A DNA stretch of 63,153 nt, filler included, from Folioceros fuciformis (taxonomy: Eukaryota): assembly GCA_049999805.1 (NCBI GenBank). It is 4 parts of 3 records of this genome, joined end to end, with 100 filler letters (N's around TTAATTAATTAA, not from the genome) between each part and the next. Parts side by side here need not be neighbours in the genome. Positions count along the whole stretch, not along the records: positions 16,019 to 38,666 come from JBNGIO010005799.1; positions 38,767 to 59,343 come from JBNGIO010005799.1; 2 more parts are not named here. One strand, given 5' to 3'. This document shows, one piece after another, positions 34,478 through 47,218 of the stretch (positions are counted from its first letter, which is position 1; each line of letters begins with the position of its first letter). Under the pieces are notes generated by a model, which searched no databases, was not told the DNA's origin, and was given only the letters and a program-made list of their open reading frames with translations. A program made the translations under genes and the position numbers.

Positions 34478-35769
34478 ATGGGCCAGCAGTCCTTTGTGTA
34501 TAGTTTTGTGGCTAGAGGCACTGTTGTGCTAGCTGAATACAAAGCCTTCCCTGGAAACGCAAGTGAGATTGCGCAGCAGTGCTTGGAGAAAACGCCAGCC
34601 ACTGCCGATAAGGTGACATACACCTCCGACAAGCACACTTTCAACTATCTACTCGAAGGTGGATTTGGTACGGCTTGTTCCTTGTGACCTCCTGTTTTAT
34701 TCCAGAATTGTACGCCAGAGAGTGTCGTGTACAGGGCCAGGTCCGTCGATAGGCAGGTGGATTTCGCCCATCAGTTGGCTAGGAATTACTGGTTTGAACG
34801 AGTAGCGCACCAGTGTGATGCGTAAGTTGGATGACTCCTCATATGATATTGCCTGATTCCGGCTGCTTTCTATGTCACAGCCTATCTGGTTGTTGCCGAT
34901 GAATCACTGGGAAGACAGTTACCCTATGCGCTCCTGGAGCGTGTGAAGGATGACTTCAAGAAGCGATACGGAGGAGGGAAGGCTGACACAGCCCAGGCTC
35001 ACAGCCTTGACAGGGAGTTTGGGTAAGAAGAAAATAAGTTAGTGAGCGTCTTAGTGTTTTTCATGGTCCAGCGCAATCTTTGGTGTAAAGCCTGGTAAGT
35101 AACTAGAGTGTGTGTAACTGGTAGACCCAAGCTGAAAGAGCACATGCAGTATGTGACGGACCATCCAGAGGAGATGAGCAAGCTGACAAAAATCAAAGCT
35201 CAAGTTGAAGAGGTGAAGGGTGTCATGGCGCATAACATAGAGAAGGTAAATTTGCTCTCGCTGCCCTCGGTTTTGCACACTATCTCGAGTGTGGCGTGTT
35301 GGAAGGAGGAGGAAAGCTATGCATGAAACGAAGGCGCCAGGTTAAAGGTATCTGACATATTCCAATTGTGGAAGCCAGGTTCTCCAACGGGGTGAGAAGA
35401 TCGAGATCTTGGTGGACAAGTCACAGCTCCTGCAGGATCAAGTGAGCTCGCCGATTAACCTGCTGCACTGGGTGTGATGGGTCCGGGTGGCTTGATATAG
35501 GCCTTAACGTGTTTCGCATCCGTTACCAGGCAGAGCCTGTGGCACGTGACGGGTCGTCTGGAGACGAGTGGTGCGTCTATTGGTGCAGTCGGATTTGACG
35601 GGTGCCACGTTGGATTTTGCAGGCCAATCTGTACCAAACTCGGACGAAACAGCTGAAAAACAAATTCTGGCTCCAGAACATGAAGATAAAGTTGGTGGTC
35701 CTGCTCATCCTCGTCGTGCTAGCTCTTGTAATCTGGGTGTCCATCTGCCGAGGGTTTACGTGCAAATGA
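34478..35769 (+). CDS. VAMP72: Vesicle-associated membrane protein, VAMP72-family longin R-SNARE, 5 exons
   Basis: [93 protein letters not shown] followed by a TM segment and CRGFTCK*. Confidence 0.93.
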
Positions 35770-37444
35770 TTCGAACAGAGCCCCAGCTGTTCGGCGTGGA
35801 ATAAGTTGGTGCCTATTACTTTTATATTATTTGGGTTCCAGGGGCTTGCCCCCAAGTGTGCGGCCGAGTGATACGGAGTGGGCAAAGTTCGCGGGAATTG
35901 CATGGCGTGCCACAGTGGTGGCAGCCAGAACCCGGAACCGGGCTCCCGGCAGCCGGCACCCGTCACCCGTCCGAGGCGGGGCCATCCTTGAGGCATGCAA
36001 TGCGCGGGAACAGGAGGTATGTGTCAGTGTCGTGGGTCAACCCGCAATTACCTACATGGAAAGATTTACTTGAGTTCAAGTGGGTCGCGGCGCACGCCGG
36101 TGTGTTTGGACACAGTTGAGTTGTTGGACCCGCCGGTCCCGCTCCTCTCCCCCTTCTCTTCCTTCGTCATGTTGACTCAGCCTGGCGTCAGGCTGAGCCT
36201 CCCATTTGATGCCAACTACTCATACGGCTACCTGAGCTCCACCGGCATCTGATGAGGAAGCGTGCATGCGACTAGACTCGACTCCGAACCGGACCCAGAC
36301 CCAGACCCGGACTCGGGCTGGGCTCCCCGTAATCGCCCCGCAACAACGTCGCAGAGTTACTAGCCGGCCAGCGGTCAAGATGCAATCGGTCAAGGAAACT
36401 AGCCCACACCGAGGAGAGGACCATGCTTCTCACCTGTGTGCGTGCATTGTATATTCGGCAATGCGAATGGTACTATGCAACCTTGTTTTGTCTTCTATAT
36501 TAGGAGCGCACTCTTACATATTTACATACTACATATGAGCTTATTGGTTTACGATGAATTGAAGGCCATCCATGACATGACACCTGTACACACGTGTGGT
36601 CTCAATCTCAATCTTGGGTTTTATAAAGCTTGAAGCTTGCTTGCAGCGGTAAGTAAAATGGTCCACCACACCAACCCCCACACGCACGGCTATACAATGC
36701 AATGTAATGCACGCTAAACCTAACCCAGTGTCGTGACACAACAGCCCACATAGATAAACACAAGATTATTTACTTTGGGCTGGGCTCGACAAGACTCAGG
36801 TGGAGGACACTTTGCAACACGACTCCCCACGTGACTATGATTGGCACAGTGAATGTACTTAGCTTCAACATCCAATGATAAAAGTTGTGAGTTCACCCAC
36901 ACCACGTCATTGGCGTGTGGGTGGATTGCTCTTCCACCCCATCCGATGCCTTGCTATCAATGGTCTTACTTGTCAATCCGGCCAAGGCCAAGACCCTGGC
37001 CTTGCTTTCCACCACCATGTCAGCGCAGTGCGCGGTACACAAACGAAACGAAATCGACCGCACAAGTGCAGTGTTGCTGTCCTCGACCCCACCCAACAAA
37101 GTGTTTGCCACAATCACATAGTCGGATGGATGCAGTGAACCTGTGGTACCTTCTCCCCAATAGTGTTTGTCTTGCTTGCTACGTACTTGCTTGTGGGCGC
37201 CACTTGCATTTAATTGAAATTGGAGTTTGGACGTAACTCGTATGACATGACATGAAGGTGGCAGTAACATACAATTCCCTTTGTGCTCGTGTTGTCCCAG
37301 AAACTTGTCAGAGAGATCACTTTTCTTGTGGGTGACAGCTTTGTCAGCTTTGGCTTATCTTACATTTATGTACTCAGGACAGAAAAGACAGCTTTTGGGT
37401 GAGATGTCATATGACATCCTAAATGGATGGGGGCGTGGAACATG

Positions 37445-37885
37445 CAAACCAACATATGTAGTGTTGTGCTAATGAGCTTGCTCAACATGTTACCTCTTGT
37501 TTTGCATCATTAAGACAACATATGTAGTGTTGTGTTGATGAGCTTGCCTAGCACCTTATCTATTTGTTTTGCATTGTTAGTACTTGTTTATATTAGAGAA
37601 CATGTTTATGTAATGCGCCCACAGATCTTGAAGAAGAGTAAGGTTGTTCGTCCTTGAAGTGAAAGACATCGTTAGTACTTTTGTATCTTAGTGAACATGT
37701 GTAATGCACCCATAAATCTCTAAGGAGAGTCAGTGACATGCATTGATAGTACTTATTTATCTTAGTGAACATTTATAATGCTCTCATAGATCTCGAAGGA
37801 GAGTAAATGAAGGACATCGTTAGTACTTATTTGTCTTAAAGAGCATGTGTAATGCACGCACAAATCTCAAAGGAGAGTAAGGTTT
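37445..37885. repeat. Degenerate AT-rich tandem repeats (~70-90-bp units)
   Basis: CAACATATGTAGTGTTGTG occurs twice; a TTAGTACTT...GAACATG...TAATGC...AGGAGAGT block occurs about four times. Confidence 0.6.
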
Positions 37886-38201
37886 CTTGTCCTCTCAGTG
37901 AAAGAAGGCATGCTGATAGAGTAAAGAAGGAGACTCTATTATAAGAGAAGAGATCGAGACCCTTCTAACCCAAGCTGTATATAAGTAGATAACCATACCT
38001 AGCTTTAGAGATGGTAGTGAATTGGGGACAGCTTTGAGTTAGTTGGTTTGTGTCGTATGAAGGCTAAATAAGTGAGTGGGAGGAGGCGGACAAAGCATGT
38101 GCATGCATCGCATCCCATGCGAGGCGAGAGAGACAGGAGCGTGCTTGGCTTTACTGTGAGGACAGAGCGTGAAGTTACCACGGCAGAGGAAGGAAGACCA
38201 G

Positions 38202-38297
38202 GCCCGAGCCCAAGTCCGAGCCCGAGCCCGAGCCCGAGCCCCAGCCCCAGCCCCAGTCCCAGACCCAGCCAGCCCAAGCCCCAGCCAGCCCCAGCCC
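38202..38297. repeat. (CCCGAG/CCCCAG)n hexamer microsatellite
   Basis: Directly visible in the sequence. Confidence 0.9.
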
Positions 38298-38666
38298 AAG
38301 GCCGAGGTGGGAGAAGAGGACAGGCATAGTTAGAGGGTAGGGCTGTGTTGCTACTCGTCTGTCTCCGTCGAGACGCTTACCTGCCGCCTCTCCCTCTTCA
38401 TCCTCTCTTCCTTCACTTGCCTTCCTTGCTTGGCTGCCTCTTTCATGCGCGCTGTGCTGCTGGGCTGTTGTGGGCTGTGCACTGCCTCTCTGCTCCGGCT
38501 CCGGCCCTCCGCTGCTGCCCTTCCCTTCCCTTTCCCTCCACCTGCTCGCCCTTGGGAGCCCTGCCCCGCTCCGTGCCCCGTCCCCGCCTCCTGCTGCCCG
38601 GGCCCCCTTCTGCGTGTTTGTGCTCGTGCGGCCTCCCCTCTCTTTACTTCCCACTCTCCCCCCTCT

Positions 38667-38766
38667 NNNNNNNNNNNNNNNNNNNNNNNNNNNNNNNNNN
38701 NNNNNNNNNNTTAATTAATTAANNNNNNNNNNNNNNNNNNNNNNNNNNNNNNNNNNNNNNNNNNNN
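38667..38766. other. Artificial scaffold linker
   Basis: N44-TTAATTAATTAA-N44. Confidence 0.95.
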
Positions 38767-38794
38767 GTCAAGGGACTTGGAATTTTGAACATGG

Positions 38795-39080
38795 GATCTG
38801 ATACCATGTTAGGAAAACGGTGAATCCCAAAATAAACCTCAACTCAATACTTCTAGATTGACAGTCCATGCGTACATATATAGCCTTCAAGCATGACTAT
38901 AACTCAATAAAGGGTAAACATTACCGGATCGTGGTTCTATTCTATATACCTTGAGGTATAATCTCTAGACTCTAATGTAGATATGTTGCACAAGCGCCAT
39001 AGAGATTATACCCCAAGGTTTTACAAAAGAAATTATCTTTTCACATAAAAATCAAAATATACTTAGTATAGCAAACAACT
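38795..39080 (-). mobile_element. Probable 5' LTR edge with tRNA-Met PBS of a minus-strand LTR element
   Basis: GATCTGATACCA (reverse complement TGGTATCAGATC) at 38795-38806 abuts TGTTAGG at 38807. The far LTR end could not be resolved. Confidence 0.55.
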
Positions 39081-39089
39081 TGACTATGT

Positions 39090-40370
39090 AAAAAAGGATT
39101 TCTCAATGAAAGAGATCCATTTCTAGTGTGTGTAGAAAAAGATTGCATTTGCCCTAGTCCATACATCATTGAATATTAGTTGATAGAAACTTTTGCATTT
39201 TATACCTTTTCATTCATAAATCTTGTACACAACTTTGAAATCCAATTCCAATGTTCAAGTCTACATCTAAGATAGGAATATAACCTACACCATAAGAAGT
39301 CCCACACTGTATTGAGAATAAGCATTGTGAACATGGTGGATGGAAAGTAAGAAGTAGTAGCAAAAAAACAGCCATAATCTTTTCACACTTCAAACAATTT
39401 GCGAATGTCCTTCCCTTTAGTCCTTCCCAAAGTTCCTTTGCATGGAGTAGATGCAAGTTATGTGATATTCTAACTATGACATTCAAACATGTGCAAGCAA
39501 AGTGCATTGTGGGTGAGCTTGATTAGCCATTGAACAAGTGAAATGACACCCCTTGAAATATGCTAAAATTGTTTGAATGTCTCCCTTATTCTTCAATGCT
39601 AGCTAGCCGTATTTTGACATTGCATCTCCATCGCTTTGCAAAAGAGTGTTAGCCAAGGCAACTTTTTGGTAGAAAAAGAGATCGGATTATGACAGCTTGT
39701 GCCGTTGGAAAGAGTACAAGATTTAGTACTAAGTGAGGCGGGTGACCCTTATACCACTAGCACTATTTAGACCCCCTATACGACTAGCACTATTTATACA
39801 TTGATTGATACAATGCAGCTTTATGACATCTACAAGTGTAGGCCTAGTGGCTTCATCAATAAAGCATTTATGAACAATTGTTGATGAAGCCACTAAATCT
39901 ATGCAATTCGCTGAATTTACATAATGGTTGAAGAGAAGGTATTTGAGATGGGCTCAGCCAAGGGCTTGAGGTTATGAGTTTGAAGAGAACGATTTGCTAG
40001 AATATTTCTTGAAGTTCATGGCTTGATTTGTAGGACTGTTTAGCTACTATACCTATTGCAAAAAGAAGAAATGCAAACATATTACTTTTGGCCATCAATG
40101 TTCAAGGATGTGAGAGTACTAAAAACAATGTATTACACGTCAAAAACATACTCCATGTAGTATCATTGTCAGGTTGTTCTACCCTATTTTGTGGAAAGGT
40201 TATTGAGAATAGGTTATTCTACCCTATTTTGTAGAAGGGTTTTTTTGTGAGTAAGGGCTTAACTATGTACGACCGATCAAGCCCACAACATTACACATAA
40301 ACAAGAATCTAGTACTAGTAGTAGCTACTAACTACTCAATGGAATGGTCAAAGGCATAGATATGCTAGTC
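39090..40370. mobile_element. Highly degenerate LTR retrotransposon debris (Copia RNase H-like on minus, Gypsy integrase-like on plus)
   Basis: Plus-strand YFWPSMFKDV (~40083) and GLNYVRPIKP..LVVATNYSMEW (~40255-40350); minus-strand remnants at ~39100-39420 resemble the RNase H region. Many stops. Confidence 0.4.
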
Positions 40371-41201
40371 TAAAGTATCTCTTGGAAAACTTCACATTTC
40401 TTGTATCCCTAGGTAATCACCTTCAACGCATAGGTAAAATCATGTGGCAAGAACCTTGCGTACCATTTATAATGTGGTTATCTTGTAATAAAAATTGTAA
40501 AATAGGCTGTTAGTAGGAGGTTCTAATTTGGTAGTCTAACCATATTATAAAACTATGTTAGAGAGTAATTGTAAATTTAAAGTAAGTTTATTTATAACAT
40601 ATTTTGTATAAAAAACAACCTCATTTTCAAACTATAAAAGTTAATAGTGTTAATTATCTGTATAAAAGATAAGGAACTTTTGCTTTCAATCTACCATCGC
40701 AAAACAAACGTTTTTGAATGAGTGGTTTTGTTTGGTGTTCATCACTTTTCAACGAGCATAGGGGGAGGTGACATCACCAACTCTGGTAGTAGGTAGAATA
40801 AGTGTATATGTGGTGACCTTGGGGAGTAGTCCTCTTCGGCCTTATCAATAATGCGATTTTTTTTCGTCTCCTTTTTAGTGTAGATGGATTTTTCTTTGGT
40901 GTTTAGTTAATAATGTAGCTATGATATACAATTGTGTGGTTCTTCTATAGTTTGTTGAAGCTCTTAAAAGCCTCTAATTTATAGCTAGAGCTACCTTTTG
41001 CTAAAAGCATTGGAAAGATATCTTTTGCAACTTGTGCATCTTTCTCTTGGTGAAGGCACATAGTTTTTTGGCAGCTACTTTATATTTCCTTACAAATGAC
41101 GTCGAAATCAAGTTGTCAAATTGAATGCTTAAGTCTCCTTGACCCAGCGGAGTAATGGAAATTCCATCTTGTAGTGTAGTAAGTTGCTGAGAAAAGTTGC
41201 C

Positions 41202-42125
41202 TTAAAACAGTGGAGCCTTAAGGAAGTTGTGCGATGTCACAATCTCATATTCTGGTGGATTGTGAAATTCGGGAGCAACATAGTCCTGCTTAAACCACTC
41301 ATCTTCGAAAATTTGAGCTAAAGTAAGTCGTTTTTTGAAATAGACTGTTAACAGCCCTTGAATAATGCTACTCGCTCCTAGTGATATTCCACTAGGCATA
41401 TCATAGGTGCCATTTAATATCCTCGTGTAGGTGCGGATAATGTTTGGGTTGTTGAATGGGAATTTACCGGTTATTAGACGGTAAAGCACCACACCACATG
41501 CCCACATGTCTGCAGCTCCTCCATCATATCCTTCATTGACCAACACCTCGGGTGCCATGTATTTGGGTGATCCACAGAATGAGTGAAGCAACCCATCTTC
41601 TTTGACTTGGTCTAACATAGCACCTAGCCCAAAATCCCCTAGTTTTAAATTATTTTTTGAATCTAACATTAAATTCTCTAGCTTAATATCCCTGTGATAT
41701 ACACCTCTCATATGGGAGAAGTGCACGGCACTGATAAGTTGTGGGAAATATTTTCTTGCTTGACTTTCACATAAATCTTTCTTACTTAGGTTTTCAAGCA
41801 AGTTGCCATGTGGAAGAAGCTCCATTACCAAGCAGAACTCGGTCTCACTCTCCATCACCTCAAACAGCCTAACAATGTTGGGATGCCTCAACTGGGACAT
41901 GATACAAATTTCCCTTGTAAGAAGTGACAATGTGTTACGTTCACGAACTTTTTTTTTATTTACCATCTTAATTGCTACAAAGTGGTTGGTGTACACATGT
42001 TTTGCAGCTATAACAATGCCATACGACCCTCTCCCAAGCACTCGTCCCAACACAAACTTTTGCAAAGAGGACTCCATGTTTGCAATTGAAAGTACTTCTG
42101 ACATCTTTGTCATATTCTGAGGCAT
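41202..42125 (-). CDS. Intronless SnRK3/CIPK-like Ser/Thr kinase, kinase domain only
   Basis: GRGSYG, VAIK, HRDIKLEN, DFG, DGLLHSFCGSPKYMAPE, ADMWACGV and WFKQDY. The ORF ends ~30 aa after the kinase domain with no NAF motif. Confidence 0.88.
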   Translation of the reverse strand: MPQNMTKMSEVLSIANMESSLQKFVLGRVLGRGSYGIVIAAKHVYTNHFVAIKMVNKKKVRERNTLSLLTREICIMSQLRHPNIVRLFEVMESETEFCLVMELLPHGNLLENLSKKDLCESQARKYFPQLISAVHFSHMRGVYHRDIKLENLMLDSKNNLKLGDFGLGAMLDQVKEDGLLHSFCGSPKYMAPEVLVNEGYDGGAADMWACGVVLYRLITGKFPFNNPNIIRTYTRILNGTYDMPSGISLGASSIIQGLLTVYFKKRLTLAQIFEDEWFKQDYVAPEFHNPPEYEIVTSHNFLKAPLF

Positions 42126-42709
42126 TTATCTTTGGTGTCCTTCTTACAATTCTATTAAAGAATAAATCCTAAGTTTTTCACATATATAGAGGAAGAGACC
42201 CCTCTATGTCCTTGGTCTTTGATTGTAAGAATGACCAAGGAATGGATAAGCCAAAACGGAATGCATAAGCCAAAACTCAAGGAACTCTCTCCGACAACAT
42301 GAAATTATATATATATATTTTTAAGATCACATTAATACAACAAGTGATCTCTCACTTTTGAGAAGACGAGGATTCTAGAATCGGACCTCTAATTTTGCTG
42401 TTTTAAGGATGCTGCTGTCCAGGGCCAAGCCGTGGAAGGAGAGGGGCAAAGCCAGGCCTGGCCTTGCAAGCCAAGCCTGGCGTGCAATTTGCCGTGGAAT
42501 ATGTTAACAAGCGTTTATCCCTAATCATCTCGAACTTAGAGTTGACAGATTGACCCGCGGTGTCGAAATCACTAGAATCCTTTCAGCTCTCACATGTTAG
42601 CTGCTATGAAGGTACGAAAGAATTGAACCAATTAATGTCCTGCACCAACCTTCCCAAGTTTCATCACCCCCAAAATAATCTGGAAATATGTTTGCTGCTA
42701 GTCACCGTA

Positions 42710-45700
42710 TCATGTTGCCCTTTCAGAGCGTGCGTTGCCGGAATCTACAGCCGGGACTCCGAAGCCAACTGCATGAGCCTCAGATAACTCTGCACTTGTG
42801 AGATGACCAGGGTTTGCTCGATCTCTGCCACACCGAGTGCTTTGCTCACCTAGCTCCACAATCTCGTCTATGCGCTTGAATTGCCAAGGCCAGCGGGTGT
42901 TATACAGAAACTGTCGCAAATCAAAACGGTTGTCCTCCGGCGAGTAGCTCTGTTCGCAACAAGAAATTAGAGGGTACCACAAGAAGACAGAACGATGAAC
43001 ACAGAAGATTTGACAATTCTGCCTTTCAGTCACATGAGACTGAACTAAGAGATTGTCAAATTCGCAGCAATACTGGACGACAACGTACCAACATCAAGAG
43101 TCTCTCACCTCTGCGTGGTAGGACGGTGTCAAAGTTGTCATCTTGTGGCGGTTCATGGAGTAATATTTGAAGAAATCTTTCACCTTTGTAGCAACTTCAG
43201 CTGGGGTAAGACGACCTTGCCAACGATGGCAGAGGTGCTGAAACACAGCCAAGATGTGTTTGGAGGAAGAAGTCCAGTCTCGTGCATGCCCAGCATACAA
43301 TATACAGCACATAGTCAGGCCAGACGTCAAGCAGCAGGTCTAACCTGAAACATTGAGACAGGACCACAGCGGAAATTTTTTCGGAGGCGACCATAAATTG
43401 AGAGCTCCTCATATGTCATGCCCATGTCGGCTTCATCCATCTGCAACAAAGGCATCAGCATGCTCCCCTACGGACAGCGCTTTGACCATGCATTCCCACC
43501 AGCTTACCTGGGTATAATTTTCTCGAATAGGCTCCAGCTCTGCTGTGGGTGGAGCGGACTCTATTTCAGCCAGCGTTAGATAGCCTAAATGTTCGGCTCC
43601 CCATCTTAGAAAAGCGCGGATATCCAGCTTGCTGATGCCTCCTATAGGATTGATGTCGGCCGAACTGTTGTCATACTGCAAAAAGTAAATCACAATCAAA
43701 AAGCTTCCCTCCCTTTCCACTGCAAAAGGTCACAACGAAGAAGAGCAACTCCTACCTTTGTCAGATATCCTCGAAGTCCTTCATCCACATTTGCACTGCC
43801 CAAAACAAGGAGAAACCCTGGTCTGCCACGCACCCACGGTAGAAGTGATGCTAGCATATAAGCAAGAACCATACGGCTACGAGATTGGAGGTTTTGCAGC
43901 GCGAGATTCTCTGCATTTGTTCCGCCATCAACCTACAATAACAACCCATGTTCCAGCTATGCATTTGAGCCTGATGGAGATATATGGGCTGAAAGAGGTG
44001 ATACGAATTCAGGAATGATGATAAGCCTTTACCTTGTACTTGGGAGTTTTTCCTGTCATTGTCTGAAACAAGGAAAGCATGGCTGATAAAATAACATCAA
44101 TTTTCACATCTAAGTGAGATGCTCCAAGTTCGTCTGCTAATCTCTGAGCCCGATCTCGTGTGCCTTCAGAGCTTCAGATGGTTGATTTAAGTTAGAGAGC
44201 AACCCTACAGAAACAGAGAGAACCCAAGCTACAAATACCGGGAAGCAAGTGACACTGGGATGTAAGCACCTGTTATCAGTCCCCATGTACACAGTATGCA
44301 AGACCCGATTGGCAAACTCACAGGGATTGACAGGTACCATCCCTTTCTCATAGTTTCCAATGCGTACGGCATCTGCCAATACCTGTTCGTTCCCCTCCTT
44401 CACAGCTGGAAAGTGAGATCGAAAGTATGAGCAGTCCAAAGAATAAAGACAGGACGAGATAGGGGATCTGCATAGGTCAGCACAAAGTTGATAGAGGACC
44501 TTTGATGACAAGTTGACACATGCTTCCCACTAACGCTGCCACACTTGAGCTATCTGCACCACCAGAAAGTGGAAGGAGAAAGCCACTTCCACCACTTCTA
44601 CGAAGATAGTCCCACAGCCAACATGCAGGTCCGAGAGCAATCTCTTCCTGAGGAAGATGGTACCTCACCTGTTGACCAAAAATCCCATTACCCATGAAAA
44701 CACGCAACTTGAGATTGCTCTCATCTTCCCATCAATCAACAAGCTGGAGAAGGGTCATACTGCAATTGGCAGTGATGGAAAACTCGTCAGGTCAAAAACA
44801 GCGTCTGACAGCCGAAAGTCTACTTTCACAGAAGGTTTAGGAGCTTCCTGGCTCGCTTGCTCTCTCAGACTGCTCACAGCTCCCCTGTAACTTGCCACCT
44901 GCAAGCCACAAAGTCAATCGTCTACATGGTACATGACTAGGCAAGCAGAAATATATCATGCAAGGGCCGTAAAAGGTAATCACTGAGGTTCAAGTTGGAA
45001 ACCATACGACATCCAGGTCAACAGAAGCTGTCACAACTTCAACATCGTTCAGAGAAAATTGGGAGCCCTGAGCAACAACATCCCCATTGACAAGGATACA
45101 CGCGCAGCCATCTGTTCGATCCATTTAACAGGTCGTGTCAAAAGCAAGGCCACTGATATACACAGCAATTTTGGTGGCAAACGGAACGCTAACCACGAGC
45201 ATCCTTAAGAAGGCCAGTACATCCATGACAAGATTTCAGGGAATGTAGATTCATCACCATAATATAGTCGTCCACCATCGCACCCTTGCTGATTAGCATA
45301 CAAATAAACACCACCAGCTTTACTCGTTGCACTTTGCATGAGCTCAAGTCTTGTGTTGAGCTTTCGTAGCTGATGGTGACTCCCACTTCCGTTCGCGATG
45401 ATGTCAACTCCGTTCAGCGCAAGTGCAATGTGTGGCGAAGCTGGCGTGAAGAGCTCCTCGCATGTTTCAGATGCCAGCGTTCTGATGTGACAAGGGCATG
45501 CACCCTTGCAGTCAGCATTTCAATACAAGCTCGTCAGAAACCCCAGCATGGAGCTCCACTATCATAGAAGAACTTACGTGTCGATGAAGGACAGATACCC
45601 ATCTCCAAAGGGCACTGATGCTTGTCCATACAAATTCGTAATACGTTCAGGAAGTTGAAGATCCACCAGCTTGTTATGATGCTTCCAAGCAGAAAACCAT

Positions 45701-46174
45701 CGCAACTCCCGATAATTCCCATCATTTGCCAAGAAAAGCTTAGGCCGGATGAGAAGAATTTGACCATCGAGACAGACAACCCTGCAATTATACCTAACCC
45801 CTCCTTGCTGAACGGGCATGCCGATGTCGCACACCATGCCGAAAGTAAGGTTCGAGGCCAGAATCTTTCCCAGACATTCCCACCTGGCAGCAAGCCCTGG
45901 AACATGGTCAGCCTCCAGAACAATCCGTGCATTAAAACCCACGATAATAAAATCTTGCAACCAGAGGGTGGTGATCGTACGAATGGGTAAGAGTATCAGG
46001 CTCAGAAAAGTGGTCCTCGCAGCCATAGCCGGCAATTTCCAGCTCAGGCCCTGTTCGAAAAGTGGCACCCGCGTCCTTCGACTGCTGCAGAGACTCTAAG
46101 ATGCGCCTCAAGTTGCCATCAAAGTCCATAGCCCATTGGTTAAGACTACATGTGGACAGCCTCACTATCCTCAT
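42710..46174 (-). CDS. QNS1: Glutamine-dependent NAD+ synthetase, multi-exon
   Basis: [101 protein letters not shown] and [17 protein letters not shown]. Confidence 0.95.
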
Positions 46175-47218
46175 TTTTTCGTTCACGGATGTCACGTCGA
46201 TCGTTGATTGATGTTGTCACTGTGTTGTCCTCCCAAAGCACTCATGCCTGACTTCAACCCCCGAGGCCTTCCGTCAATCGATCTTGAGCCTGCATTACCA
46301 TAGATTCGGTTTGTACAGTCCCCGTACAGTACCTTCGTTTTATGCCAGGTTTACAGCCAGCATTCCGTTGCCTGTCTCGAAAGTTGAGCAGGAGCTTTTG
46401 CGGGTTTTCCTAGAATCTGTTGTCGATCTGCGTACGTGTTTGTCAAATCTGCCGCCGACGTTGCCAGGCGTTCTCCTCCTAGTAACCTCACGTCCAACCT
46501 CGCTAGGTTAGTTTTGTCTTCCCTCCGCGGTAACTCTTTCCTTTCTGTGCAAAGGAGCTTCCGCGCCGCATTCAGGGCACTGGCAGCGTGAAGCCGTTCA
46601 GTGTTGCGTCTGCACTACCGCTTCAGTTTCATGTACTGGAGCTAGCGGCTTTCCCAACACGAGCAATGTTAACTGTCGATGTAGATGGTGTTGTTGCCAA
46701 CATGTAGGCGTGTGCAAGGGGAGCAGGTATGAAAAATACGTGGTACATCAATGGAGTGCTGTGATATCAGGACAATTCGTGTTTACCATTACATGGGCAA
46801 AGAGTATACAGGGTATGGTTTCCACTACAACGGCAATCAGCATGCAGTTTTGTAATTGTTTATTTCCTCCCCGCCTCCTCTGCCAGCCAGTCGCCCTTTG
46901 GTGCGCATGGCTACACACATTCAGCTAGGTTTACAAATTCAAGAAGGAGCTACTTTTTCGTCCTAACCACTTATGCCTGACACAACATTCTTCACAATGA
47001 TCATTTGGACGAAGCAAGAGAGAGTACCTCATGCTCTGGTGGGAGAATTGTATGGTACAAGAACACTCCACGCCATCTCTTGATAATGGTACGCTAGCAC
47101 GCTAATACCAAATCCCAGTTGAGTCACACAGACAGCGAGGCACAACACGGGTGACTACTTTACACGGAGCTGGAGCTGGACTGGACTGGACGTCAGGAAT
47201 AAACCCTAACTCTGCCTA

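Noticed and set aside
38005-38329. GL- and PS-repeat ORFs
   Set aside because: Translation of a hexamer microsatellite.
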